Shown here piece after piece: positions 15,001 through 30,000 of a DNA stretch of 64,000 nt (position 1 is the first letter of the stretch; each line of letters starts with the position of its first letter). Under the pieces are notes generated by a model. The model made no database searches and was not told the origin of the DNA. It worked only from the letters and a program-made list of their open reading frames with translations. Source of the DNA: Octopus sinensis (Eukaryota). A program made the translations under genes and the position numbers. Where the stretch lies: the NCBI RefSeq assembly GCF_006345805.1, contig NW_021836173.1:4162-68161 (forward strand), in the 5' to 3' direction.

Positions 15001-18000
15001 AAATTTTTGTTGTTTTTCAAGTACACATATGCAATATTTTGACATTTTCTAAATTGAAAACTTTTGCGAATTTAGTGATTTCTTTGATAAATATAAGCTT
15101 ATTATCAATCATTTAACTTATATTTAGCTAAGAGATCACTAAATTTTTTGTTGTTTTTCAAGTACACATATGCAATATTTTGACATTTTCTAACCTGAAA
15201 ACTTTTGCGATGTTAGTGATTTCTTTGATTGATAAAAAGCTTATTATCAATCAGTTAACTTATATTTAGCTAGATCATTAAATTTTTGTTGTTTTTCAAG
15301 TACACATATGCAATATTTTGACATTTTATAACCTGAAAACTTGTGCGATTTTAGTGACCTCTTGGATAAATATAAGCTTTTTATTAATCAGTTAACTTAT
15401 ATTTAGCTAAGAGATCACTAAATTGTTTGTTGTTTTTCAAGTACACATATGCAATATTTTGACATTTTGTAACCTGAAAACTTGTGCGATTTTAGTGATC
15501 TCGAGGATAAATATAAGCTTTTTATCAATCAGTTAACTTATATTTAGCTAAAAGATAACTAAAGTTTTTTGTTGTTTTTCAAGTACACATATGCAATATT
15601 TTGACATTTTCTAACCCGGAAACTTTTGCGAATTTAGTGATTTCTTTGATAAATATAAGCTTATTATCAATCATTTAACTTATATTTAGCTAAGAGATCA
15701 CTAAATTTTTTGTTGTTTTTCAAGTACACATATGCAATATTTTGACATTTTCTAACCTGAAAACTTTTGCGATTTAGTGATTTCTTTGATAAATAAAAGC
15801 TTATTATCAATCATTTAACTTATATTTAGCTAGATCACTAAATTTTTTGTTGTTTTTCAAGTACACATATGCAATATTTTGACATTTTATAACCTGAAAA
15901 CTTTTGCGAATTTAGTGATCTCTTTGATAAATATAAGCTTTTTATCAATCAGTTAACTTATATTTAGCTAAGAGATCACAAAATTTTTTGTTTTTTTCAA
16001 GTACACATATGCAATATTTTGACATTTTCTAACCTGAAAACTTTTGCGAATTTAGTGATTTCTTTGATAAATATAAGCTTATTATCAATCAGTTAACTTA
16101 TATTTAGCTAAGAGATCACTAAATTTTTTGTTGTTTTTCAAGTACACATATGCAATATTTTGACATTTTCTAACCTGAAAACTTTTGCGAATTTAGTGAT
16201 TTCTTTGATAAATATAAGCTTATTATCAATCAGTTAACTTATATTTAGCTAAGAGATCACTAAATTTTTTGTTGTTTTTCAAGTACACATATGCAAACAT
16301 TTGACATTTTCTAACCTGAAAACTTTTGCGAATTTAGTGATTTCTTTGATAAATATAAGCTTATTATCAATCATTTAACTTATATTTAGCTAAGAGATCA
16401 CTAAATTTTTTGTTGTTTTTCAAGTACACATATGCAATATTTTGACATTTTCTAACCTGAAAACTTTTGCGAATTTAGTGATTTCTTTGATAAATATAAG
16501 CTTATTATCAATCATTTAACTTATATTTAGCTAAGAGATCACTAAATTTTTTGTTGTTTTTCAAGTACACATATGCAATATTTTGACATTTTCTAACCTG
16601 AAACTTTTGCGAATTTAGTGATTTCTTTGATAAATATCAGCTTATTATCAATCATTTAACTTATATTTAGCTAAGAGATCACTAAATTTTTTGTTGTTTT
16701 CAAGTACACATATGCAATATTTTGACATTTTCTAACCTGAAAACTTTTGCGAATTTAGTGATTTCTTTGATAAATATAAGCTTATTATCAATCATTTAAC
16801 TTATATTAGCTAAGAGATCACTAAATTTTTGTTGTTTCAAGTACACATATGCAATATTTTGACATTTTCTAAACTGAAAACTTTTGCGAATTTAGTGATT
16901 TCTTTGATAAATATAAGCTTATTATCAATCATTTAACTTATATTTAGCTAAGAGATCACTAAATTTTTTGTTGTTTTTCAAGTACACATATGCAATATTT
17001 TGACATTTCTAACCTGAAAACTTTTGCGAATTTAGTGATTTCTTGATTAAATAAAGCTTATTATCAATCAGTTAACTTATATTTAGCTAGATCACTAAAT
17101 TTTTTGTTGTTTTTCAAGTACACATATGCAATATTTTGACATTTTCTAACCTAAAAACATGTGGGAATTTAGTGATTTCTTTGATAAATATAAGCTTATT
17201 ATCAATCATTTAACTTATATTTAGCTAAGAGATCACTAAATTTTTTGTTGTTTTTCAAGTACACATATGCAATATTTTGACATTTCTAACCTGAAAACTT
17301 TTGCGAATTTAGTGATTCTCTTTGATAAATATAAGCTTTTTATCAATCAGTTAACTTATATTTAGCTAAGAGATCACTAAATTTTTTGTTGTTTTTCAAG
17401 TACACATATGCAATATTTTGACATTTTCTAACCTGAAAACTTTTGCGAATTTAGTGATTTCTTTGATAAATATAAGCTTATTATCAATCATTTAACTTAT
17501 ATTTAGCTAAGAGATCACTAAATTTTTTGTTGTTTTTCAAGTACACATATGCAATATTTTGACATTTTCTAACCTGAAAACTTTTGCGAATTTAGTGATT
17601 TCTTTGATAAATATAAGCTTATTATCAATCATTTAACTTATATTTAGCTAAGAGATCACTAATTTTTTGTTGTTTTTCAAGTACACATATGCAATATTTT
17701 GACATTTTCTAACCTGAAAACTTTTGCGATTTAGTGATTTCTTGATGATAAATAAGCTTATTATCAATCAGTTAACTTATATTTAGCTAGATCACTAAAT
17801 TTTTTGTGTTTTCAAGTACACATATGCAATATTTTGACATTTTCTAACCTGAAACTTGTGCGATTTTTTAGTGTTTCTTTGATAAATATAAGCTTTATTA
17901 ATCAGTTAACTTTATTTAGCTAAGAGATCACTAAATTTTTTGTTGTTTTCAAGTACACATATGCAATATTTTGACATTTTCTAACCTGAAAACTTTTGCG

Positions 18001-21000
18001 AATTTAGTGATTTCTTTGATAAATATAAGCTTTTTATCAATCAGTTAACTTATATTTAGCTAAGAGATCACTAAATTTTTGTTGTTTTTCAAGTACACAT
18101 ATGCAATATTTTGACATTTCTAACCCTGAAACTTTTGCGAATTTAGTGATTTCTTTGATAAATATAGCTTATTATCAATCATTTAACTTATATTAGCTAA
18201 GAGATCACTAAATTTTTGTTGTTTTTCAAGTACACATATGCAAATTTTGACATTTCTAACCTGAAAACTTTTGCGAATTTAGTGATTTCTTTGATAAATA
18301 AAAAGCTTATTATCAATCAGTTAACTTATATTTAGAGAGATCACTAAATTTTTGTTGTTTTTCAAGTACACATATGCAATATTTTGACATTTTATAACCT
18401 GAAAACTTGTGCGATTTTAGTGTAGTGATCTTTGGATAAATAAGCTTTTATCAATCAGTTAATTATATTAGCTAAGAGATCACTAAATTTTTTGTTGTTT
18501 TTCAAGTACACATATGCAATATTTTGACATTTTCTAACCTGAAAACTTTTGCGAATTTAGTGATTTCTTTGATAAATATAAGCTTATTATCAATCAGTTA
18601 ACTTATATTTAGCTAAGAGATCACTAAATTTTTTGTTGTTTTTCAAGTACACATATGCAATATTTTGACATTTTCTAACCTGAAAACTTTTGCGAATTTA
18701 GTGATTTCTTTGATAAAATAAGCTTAATATATCAGTTAACTTATATTTGCTAAGAGATCACTAAATTTTTTGTTGTTTTTCAAGTACAATATGCAATATT
18801 TTGACATTTTCTAACCTGAAAACTTTTGCGAATTTAGTGATTTCTTTGATAAATATAAGCTTATTATCAATCAATTAACTTATATTTAGCTAAGAGATCA
18901 CTAAATTTTTTGTTGTTTTTCAAGTACACATATGCAATATTTGACATTTTCTAACCTGAAAACTTTTGCGAATTTAGTGATCTCTTGATAAATATAAGCT
19001 TTTTATCAATCATTTAACTTATATTTAGCTAAGAGATCACTAAATTTTTTGTTGTTTTTCAAGTACACATATGCAATATTTTGACATTTTATAACCTGAA
19101 AACTTTTGCGATTTTAGTTATCTCTTGATAATATAAGCTTTTATCAATCATTTAACTTATATTTAGAAGAGATCACTAAATTTTTGTTGTTTTCAAGTAC
19201 ACATATGCAATATTTTGACATTTTCTAACCTGAAAACTTTGAGAATTTAGTGATCACTTTGATAAATATAAGCTTTTATCAATCAGTTAACTTATATGTA
19301 GCTCTACATTTTTTTGTGTTTTTCAAGTACACATATGCAATATTTTGACATTTTCTAACCTGAAAACTTTTGCGATTTTAGTGATCTCTTGGATAAATAT
19401 AATGTTTATCAATCAGTTAACTTATATTTAGCTAAGATCACTTAATTTTTTGTTGTTTTTCAAGTACACATATGCAATATTTTGACATTTTCTAACCTGG
19501 AAACTTTTGCGAATTTAGTGATTCTTTGATAATATAAGCTTATTATCAATCAGTAACTTATATTAGCTAAGAGATCACTAAATTTTTTGTTTTTTCAAGT
19601 ACACATATGCAATATTTTGACATTTTCTAACCTGAAAACTTTTGCGAATTTAGTGATTCTTTGATAAATATAAGCTTATTATCAATCATTTAACTTATAT
19701 TTAGCTAAGAGATCACTAAATTTTTTGTTGTTTTTCAAGTACACATATGCAATATTTTGACATTTTCTAACCTGAAAACATTTGCGAATTTAGTGATTTC
19801 TTTGATAAATATAAGCTTTTTATCAATCATTTAACTTATATTTAGCTAAGAGATCACTAAATTTTTTGTTGTTTTTCAAGTACACATATGCAATATTTTG
19901 ACATTTTCTAAACTGAAAACTTTTGCGAATTTAGTGATTTCTTTGATAAATATAAGCTTATTATCAATCAGTTAGATAATATTTAGCTAAGAGATCACTA
20001 AAGTTTTTGTTTTTTTTCATGTACACGTATGCAATATTTTGACATTTTCTAACTGAAAACTTTTGCGGAATTTAGTGATTTCTTTGATAAATATAAGCTT
20101 ATATATCAGATAACTTATATTTAGCTAAGAGATCACTAAATTTTTTGTTGTTTTTCAAGTACACATATGCAATATTTTGACATTTTCTAAACTGAAAACT
20201 TTTGCGAATAGTGATTCTTTGATAAATATAAGCTTATTATCAATCAGATTAACTTATATTTAGCTAGAGATCACTAAATTTTGGTGTTTTCAAGTACACA
20301 TATGCAATATTTGACATTTTCTAACCTGAAAACTTTTGCGAATTTAGTATTTCTTTGATAAATATAAGCTTATTATCAATCATTTAACTTATATCTAGCT
20401 AAGAGATCACTAAATTTTGTTGTTTTTCAAGTACACATATGCAATATTTGACATTTTCTAACCTGAAAACGTTTGCGAATTTAGTGATTTCTTTGATAAA
20501 ATAAGCTTATTATCAATCATTTAACTTATTTAGCTAAGAGATCACTAAATTTTTGTTGTTTTTCAAGTACACATATGCAATATTTTGACATTTTCTAAAT
20601 TGAAAACGTTTGCGAATTTAGTGATTTCTTTGATAAATATAAGCTTATTATCAATCATTTAACTATATTTAGCTAGAGATCACTAAATTTTTGTTGTTTT
20701 TCAAGTACACATATGCAATATTGACATTTTCTAACCTGAAAACTTTTGAGATTTTAGTGATCTCTTGGATAAATATAAGCTTTCTATCAATCAGTTAACA
20801 TATTTAGCTAAGAGATCACTAAATGTTTGTTGTTTTTCAAGTACACATATGAATATTTTGACATTTTCTAACCTGAAAAACTTTGGGATTTAGTGAACTC
20901 TGGATAAGCTTTTATCAATCATTAACTTATATTGAGCTAAGAGATCACTAAATTTTTGTTGTTTTTCCAGTACACATATGCATATTTGAACATCTTATAC

Positions 21001-24000
21001 CTGAAAACTTTTGAGAATTTAGTGATTTGTTGATAAATATAAGCTTATTATCAATCATTTAACAATATTTAGCTAGAGATCACTAAATTTTTGTTGTTTT
21101 TCAAGTACACATATGCATATTTTGACATTTTCTAAATTGAAAAAGTTTGCGAATTTAGTGATTTCTTTGATAAATATAAGCTTATTATCAATCAGTTAAC
21201 TTATATTTAGCTAAGAGATCACTAAATTTTTTGTTGTTTTTCAAGTACACATATCCAATATTTTGACATTTTCTAACCTGAAATCTTTTGAGAATTTAGT
21301 GATCTGTTGGATAAATATAAGCTTATTATCAATCATTTAACTTATATTTAGCTAAGAGATCACTAAATTTTTTGTTGTTTTTCAAGTACACATATGCAAT
21401 ATTTTGAAATTTTCTAAATTGAAAACGTTTGCGAAATTAGTGATTTCTTTGATAAATATATGCTTATTATCAATCAGATAACTTATATTTAGCTAAGAGA
21501 ACACTAAATTTTTTGTTGTTTTTCAAGTACACATATGCACTATTGTGACATTTTCTAACCGGAAAACTTTTGCGAATTTAGTGATTTCTTTGATAAATAT
21601 AATCTTATTACCAATCATTTAACTTATATTGAGCTAAGAGATCAATAAATTTTTTGTTGTTTTTCAAGTACACATATGCAATATTTTGACATTTTATAAC
21701 CTGAAAACTTTTGCGAATTTATTGATTTCTTTGAAAAATATAAGCTTAATATCAATCAGTTAACTTATATTTTGCTAAGAGATCACTACAATTTTTTTTT
21801 GTTTTTCAAGTACACATCTGCAATATTTGACATTTTCTAACCTGAAAACCTTTGCGAATTTAGTGATTTCTTTGATAAATATAAGCTAATTATCAATCAG
21901 TTAACTTATATTTAGCTAAGAGATCACTTAAATTTTTTGTTGTTTTTCAAGTACACATATGCAACATTTTGACATTTTCTAACCTGAAAACTTTTGCGAT
22001 TTTAGTGATCTCTTGGATAAATATAAGCTTTTTATCAATCAGTTAACTTATATTTAGGTAAGAGATCACTAAATCTTTTGTTGTTTCTTAAGTACACATA
22101 TGCAATATTTTGACATTTCTAATCTGAAAAACTTTTGAGATTTAGTGATTTCTTTGATAAATATAAGCATTTATCAATCATTTAACTTATATGTAGATCA
22201 CACTTTTTGTTGTTTTTCAAGTACACATATGCAATATTTTGACATTTTCTAACCTGAAAACTTTGCGGAATTTAGTGATCTTTGATAAATATAGCTTTAT
22301 ATCAATCATTAACTTATATTAGCTAAGAGATCACTAAATTTTTTGTTGTTTTTCAAGTAACATATGCAATATTTTGACATTTTCTAACCTGAAAACTTTG
22401 CGAAATTTAGTGATTTCTTTGATAAATATAAGCTTATTTTCAATCAGTTAACTATTATTTAGCTAAGAGATCACTAAATTTTTGGTTGTTTTCAAGTACA
22501 CATATGCAATATTTTGACTTTTCTAACCTCAAAATTTTTGCGAATTTAGTGAATCTTTGATAAATATAAGCCTATTATCAATCATTAACTTATATTAGCT
22601 AAGAGATCACTAAATTTTTGTTGTTTTTCAAGTACACATCGCAATATTTTGACATTTTCTAACCTGAAAATTTGCGAATTTAGTGATTTCTTTGATAAAT
22701 ATAAGCTTATTATCAATCATTTAACTTATATTTAGCTAAGAGATCACTAAATTTTTTGTTGTTTTTCAAGTAAACATGTTTTGACATTTTCTAACCTGAA
22801 AACTTTTGCGAATTTAGTGATTTCTTTGATAAATATAAGCTTATTATCAATCATTTAACTTATATTTAGCTAAGAGATCACTAAATTTTTTGTTGTTTTT
22901 CAAGTACACATATGCAATATTTTGACATTTTCTAAATTGAAAACTTTTGCGAATTTAGTGATTCTTTGATAAATATAAGCTTTTTATCAATCAGTTAACT
23001 TATATTTACCTAAGAGATCACTAAATTTTTTGTTGTTTTTCAAGTACACATATGCAATATTTTGACATTTTCTAACCTGAAAATTTTGCAAATTTAGTGA
23101 TTTTTTTGATAAATATAAGCTTATTATCAATCAGTTAACTTATATTTAGCTAAGAGATCACTAAATTTTTTGTTGTTTTTCAAGTACACATATGCAATAT
23201 TTTGACATTTCTACCTGAAAACTTTGCGAATTTAGTGATTTCTTTGATAAATATAAGCTGTTTATCAATCAGTAACTTATATTAGCTCTAAATTTTTTGT
23301 TGTTTTTCAAGTACACATATGCAATATTTTGACATTTTCTAACCTGAAAAACTTTTGCGATTTTCGTGATTTCTTGGATAAATATAAGCTTTTTATCAAT
23401 CAGTTATCATATATTTAGCTAAGAGATCACTAAATTTTTTGTGTTTTCAAGTACACATATGCAATATTTTGACATTTTATAACCTGAAAACTTTTGAGAA
23501 TTTAGTGATCCCTTGGATAAATATAAGCTTATTATCAATCATTTAACTTATATTTAGCTAAGGGATCACTAAATTTTTTGTTGTTTTTCAAGTACACATA
23601 TGCAATATTTTGACATTTTCTAAATTGGAAACGTTTGCGAATTTAGTGATTTCTTTGATAAATATAAGCTTATTATCAATCAGTTAACTTATATTTAGCT
23701 AAGAGATCACTAAATTTTTGTTGTTTTCAAGTACATATATGCAATATTTTGACATTTTCTAACCTGAAAACTTTTGCGAATTTCTTGATTTCTTTGATAA
23801 ATATAAGCTTTTTATCAATCAGTTAACTTATATTTAGCTAAGAGATCACTAAATTTTTTGTTGTTTTTCAAGTACACATATGCAATATTTTGACATTTTC
23901 TAACCTGAAAACTCTTTTGAATTTAGTGATTCCTTTGACAAATATAAGCTTATTATCAATCTTATATTTAGCTAAGAGATCACTAAATTTTCTGTTGTTT

Positions 24001-27000
24001 TTCAAGTACACATATGCAATATTTTGACATTTTCTAAATTGAAAACGTTTGCGAATTTAGTGATTTCTTTGATAAATATAAGCTTATTATCAATCAGTTA
24101 ACTTATATTTAGCTAAGAGATCACTAACTTTTGTCGTTTTTCAAGTACACATATGCAATATTTTGACATTTTCTAAATTGAAAACTTTTGCGAATTTCGT
24201 GATTTCTTTGATAAATATAAGCTTATTATCAATCAGTTAACTTATATTTAGCTAGGAGATCACTAAATTTTTTGTTGTTTTTCAAGAACACATATGCAAC
24301 ATTTTGACATTTTCTAACCTGAAAACTTTTGCGATTTTAGTGATCTCTTGGATAAATATAAGCTTATTATCAATCAGTTAACTTATATTTAGCTAGGAGG
24401 TCACTATATTGTTTGTTGTTTTTTAAGTACACATATGCAATATTTTGACATTTTACAACCTGAAAACTTGTGCGATTTTAGTCATCTCTTGAATATATAT
24501 AAGCTTTTTATCAATCACTTAACTTATATTTAGCTAAGAGATCACTAAATTTTTTGTTATTTTTCAAGTACCCATATGCAATATTTTGACATTTTCTTAC
24601 CTGAAAACATTTGCGATTTTAGTGATCTCTTGGATAAATATAAGCTTTTTATCAATCAGTTAACTTATATTTAGCTAAGAGATCATTAAATTTTTTGTTG
24701 ATTTTGAAGTACACATATGCAACATTTTGACAATTTATAACCTGAAAACTTTTGCGATTTTAGTGATCCCTTGGATAAATATAATCTTTTTATCAATCAG
24801 TAAACTTATATTTAGCTCTAAATTTTTTGTTGTTTTTTAAGTACACATATGCAATCTTTGACATTTTCTGACCTGAAAACGTTTGAGATTTTAGTACTCT
24901 TGGATAAATATAAGCTTTTATCAATCTGTTAAATTATATTTAGCTACGAGATCACTAATTTTTTGTTGTTTTTCAAGTACACATATGCAATATTTTGACA
25001 TTTTCTAACCTGAAAACTTTTGCGAATTTAGTGATTTCTTTGATAAATATAAGCTTATTATCAATCATTTAACTTATATTTAGCTAAGAGATCACTAAAT
25101 TTTTTGTTGTTTTTCAAGTACACATATGCAATATTTTGACATTTTCTAACCTGAAAACTTTTGCGAATTTCTTGATTTCTTTGATAAATATAAGCTTATT
25201 ATCAATCAGTTAACTTATATTTAGCTAAGAGATCACTAAATTTTTTGTTGTTTTTCAAGTACACATATGCAATATTTTGACATTTTCTAACCTGAAAACT
25301 TTTTTGAATTTAGTGATTCCTTTGACAAATGTAAGCTTATTATCAATCTTATATTTAGCTAAGAGATCACTAAATTTTTTGTTGTTTTTCAAGTACACAT
25401 ATGCAATATTTTGACATTTTCTAAATTGAAAACGTTTGCGAATTTAGTGATTTCTTTGATAAATATAAGCTTATTATCAATCAGTTAACTTATATTTAGC
25501 TAAGAGATCACTAACTTTTGTCGTTTTTCAAGTACACATATGCAATATTTTGACATTTTCTGAAATTGAAACCTTTTGCGAATTTCGTGATTTCTTTGAT
25601 AAATATAAGCTTATTATCAATAAGTTAACTTATATTTAGCTAGGAGATCACTAAATTTTTTGTTGTTTTCAAGAACACATATGCAACATTTTGACATTTT
25701 CTAACCTGAAAACTTTTGCTATTTTAGTGATCTCTTGGATAAATATAAGCTTATTATCAATCAGTTAACTTATATTTAGCTAGGAGGTCACTAAATTGTT
25801 TGTTGTTTTTTAAGTACACATATGCAATATTTTGACATTTTACAACCTCAAAACTTGTGCGATTTTAGTCATCTCTTGAATATATATAAGCTTTTTGTCA
25901 ATCACTTAACTTATATTTAGCTAAGAGATCACTAAATTTTTTGTATTTTTCAAGTACACATATGCAATATTTTGACATTTTTTTACCTGAAAACTTTTGC
26001 GATTTTAGTGATCTCTTGGATAAATATAGCTTTTTATCATCAGTTAACTTATATTTAGCTAAGAGATCATTAAATTTTTTGTTGATTTTCAAGTACACAT
26101 ATGCAACATTTTGACATTTTCTAACCTGAAAACTTTTGCGATTTTAGTGATCCCTTGGATAAATATAATCTTTTTATCAATCAGTTAACTTATATTTAGC
26201 TCTAAATTTTTTGTTGTTTTTCACGTACACATATGCAATATTTTGACATTTTCTAACGTGCAAACATTTCAGATTTTTGTGATCCCTTGGATAAATATAA
26301 GCTTTTTATCATTCTGTTGAATAATATTTAGCTAAGAGATCACTAATTTTTTGTTGTTTTTAAGTACACATATGCAATATTTTGACATTTTCTGACCTGA
26401 AAACGTTTGAGATTTTAGTAATCTCTTGGATAAATATAAGCTTTTTATCAATCTGTTAAATTATATTTAGCTACGAGATCACTAAATTTTTTGTTGTTTT
26501 TCAAGTACACATATGCAATATTTTGACATTTTCCAACCTGAAAATTTTGCGAATTTAGTTATTTCTTTGATAAATATAAGCTTATTATCAATCATTTAAC
26601 TTATATTTAGCTAAGAGATCACTAAATTTTTTGTTGTTTTTCAAGTACACATATGCAATATTTTGACATTTTCTAACCTGAAAACTTTTGCGAATTTCTT
26701 GATTTCTTTGATAAATATAAGCTTATTATCAATCAGTTAACTTATATTTAGCTAAGAGATCACTAAATTTTTTGTTGTTTTTCAAGTACACATATGCAAT
26801 ATTTTGACATTTTCTAACCTGAAAACTTTTGCGAATTTAGTGATTTCTTTGATAAATATAAGCTTATTATCAATCTTATATTTAGCTAAGAGATCACTAA
26901 ATTTTTTGTTGTTTTTCAAGTACACATATGCAATATTTTGACATTTTCTAACCTGAAAACGTTTGCGAATTTAGTGATTTCTTTGATAAATATAAGCTTA

Positions 27001-30000
27001 TTATCAATCAGTTAACTTATATTAGCTAAGAGATCACTAACTTTTGTCGTTTTTCAAGTACACATATGCAATATTTTGACATTTTCTGAAATTGAAACCT
27101 TTTGCGAATTTCGTGATTTCTTGATAAATATAAGCTTATTATCAATAAGTTAACTTATATTTAGCTAGGAGATCACTAAATTTTTTTGTTTTTCAAGAAC
27201 ACATATGCAACATTTTGACATTTTCTAACCTGAAAACTTTTGCTATTTTAGTGATCTCTTGGATAAATATAAGCTTATTATCAATCAGTTAAGGTATATT
27301 TTGCTAAGAGATCACTAAATTTTTTGTTGTTTTTTAAGTACACATATGCAATATTTTGACATTTTACAACCTCAAAACTTGTGCGATTTTAGTCATCTCT
27401 TGAATATATATAAGCTTTTTGTCAATCACTTAACTTATATTTAGCTAAGAGATCACTAAATTTTTTGTTATTTTTCAAGTACACATATGCAATATTTTGA
27501 CATTTTTTTACCTGAAAACTTTTGCGATTTTAGTGATCTCTTGGATAAATATAAGCTTTTTATCATTCAGTTAACTTATATTTAGCTAAGAGATCATTAA
27601 ATTTTTTGTTGATTTTCAAGTACACATATGCAACATTTTGACAATTTATAACCTGAAAACTTTTGCGATTTTAGTGATCCCTTGGATAAATATAATCTTT
27701 TTATCAATCAGTTAACTTATATTTAGCTCTAAATTTTTTGTTGTTTTTCACGTACACATATGCAATATTTTGACATTTTCTAACGTGCAAACATTTCAGA
27801 TTTTTGTGATCCCTTGGATAAATATAAGCTTTTTATCATTCTGTTGAATAATATTTAGCTAAGAGATCACTAAATTTTTTGTTGTTTTTAAAGTACACAT
27901 ATGCAATATTTTGACATTTTCTGACCTGAAAACGTTTGAGATTTTAGTAATCTCTTGGATAAATATAAGCTTTTTATCAATCTGTTAAATTATATTTAGC
28001 TAAGAGATCACTAAATTTTTTGTTGTTTTTCAAGTACACATATGCAATATTTTGACATTTTCAAACCTGAAAATTTTACGATTTTAGTGATCTCTTGGAT
28101 AAATATAAGCTTTTTATCAATCAGTTAAGGTATATTTTGCTAAGAGATCACTAAATTTTTTGTTGTTTTTCAAGTACACATATGCAATATTTTGACATTT
28201 TCTAACCTGAAAACCTTTGAGAATTTAGTGATCTGTTGGATACATATAAGCTTTTTATCAATCAGTAAACTTATATTTAGCTAAGAGATCACTAAATTTT
28301 TTGTTGTTTTTAATGTACACATATGCAACATTTTGACATTTTCTAACCTGAAAACTTTTGCGTTAGTGATCTCTTGGGTAAATATAAGCTTTTTATCATT
28401 CAGTTTACTTATATTTAGCTAAGAGATCACTAAATTTTTTATTGTTTTTCATGTACACATATGCAATATTTTGACATTTCCTAACCTGAAACCTTTTGAG
28501 ATTTTAGTGATCTCTTGGATAAATATAAGCTTTTTATCAATCAGTTAACTTATACTTAGCTCTAAATTTTTTATTTTTTTCCGAGTACACATATGCAATA
28601 TTTTGACATTTTCGAACCTGAAAACATTTGCGATTTTAGTGATTTCATTGATAAATATAAGCTTTTTCTCAATCAGTTAACTTATATTTAGCTAAGAGAT
28701 CACTAAATTTTTTGTTGTTTGTCAAGTACACATATGCAATATTTTGACATTTTCTTACCTGAAAACTTTTCCGTTAGTGATCTCTTGGATAAATATAAGC
28801 TTATTATCAATCATTTAACTTATATTTAGCTCGGAGATCACTAAATTTTTTGTTGTTTTTAAAGTACACATATGCAATATTTTGACATTTTCTAACCTGA
28901 AAACTTTTGCGTTAGTGATCTCTTGGATAAATATAAGCTTTTTATCATTCAGTTTACTTATATTTAGCTATTAGATCACTAAATTTTTTGTTGTTTTTCC
29001 AGTACACATATTCAATATTTTGACATTTTCTAAACTGAAAATTTTTGAGATTTTAGTGATCTCTTGGATAAATATAAGTATTTTATCAATCAGTTAACTT
29101 ATATTTAGCTCTAAATTTTTCGTTGTTTTTCAAGTACACATATGCAATATTTTGACATTTTCTAACCTGAAAACTCTTTAGATTTTTGTGATCTCTTGGA
29201 TAAATATAAGCTTTTTATCAATCAGTTAACATATAATTAGCTAGGAGATCACTAAATTTTTTGTTGTTTTTCAAGTACACATATGCAATATTTTGACATT
29301 TTCTAACTTCAAAACTTTTGAGATTTTAGTGATCTCTTCGTTAAGCTTTTTATCAATCAGCTAACTTATATTTAGCTAAGAGATCACTAAATTTTTTGTT
29401 GTTTTTCAAGTACACATATGCAACATTTTGACATTTTATAACCTGAAAACTTTTGCGATTTTAGTGATCCCTTTGATAAATATAAGCTTTTTATCAATCA
29501 GTTAACTTATATTTGGCTCTAAATTTTTTGTTGTTTTTCAAGTACACATATGCAATATTTTGACGTTTTCTTACCTGAAAACTTTTGAGATTTTAGTGAT
29601 CACTTTGATAAATATAAGCTCTTTATCAATCAGTTAACTTATATTTAGCTCTAAATTTTTTGTTGTTTTTCAAGTACACATATGCAATATTTTGAAATTT
29701 TCTAACCTGAAAACTTTTGAGATTTTCGTGATCTCTTGGATAAATATAAGCTTTTTATCAATCAGTTAACATATATTTAGCTAAGAGATCACTAAATTTT
29801 TTGTTGTTTTTCAAGTACACATATGCAATATTTTTACATTTTCTAACCTGAAAATTTTGCGAATTTAGTTATTTCTTTGATAAATATAAGCTTATTATCA
29901 ATCATTTAACTTATATTCAGCTGAGAAATCACTAAATTTTTTGTTGTTTTTCAAGTACACATATGCAATATTTTGAAACTTTCTAAATTGAAAACGTTTT

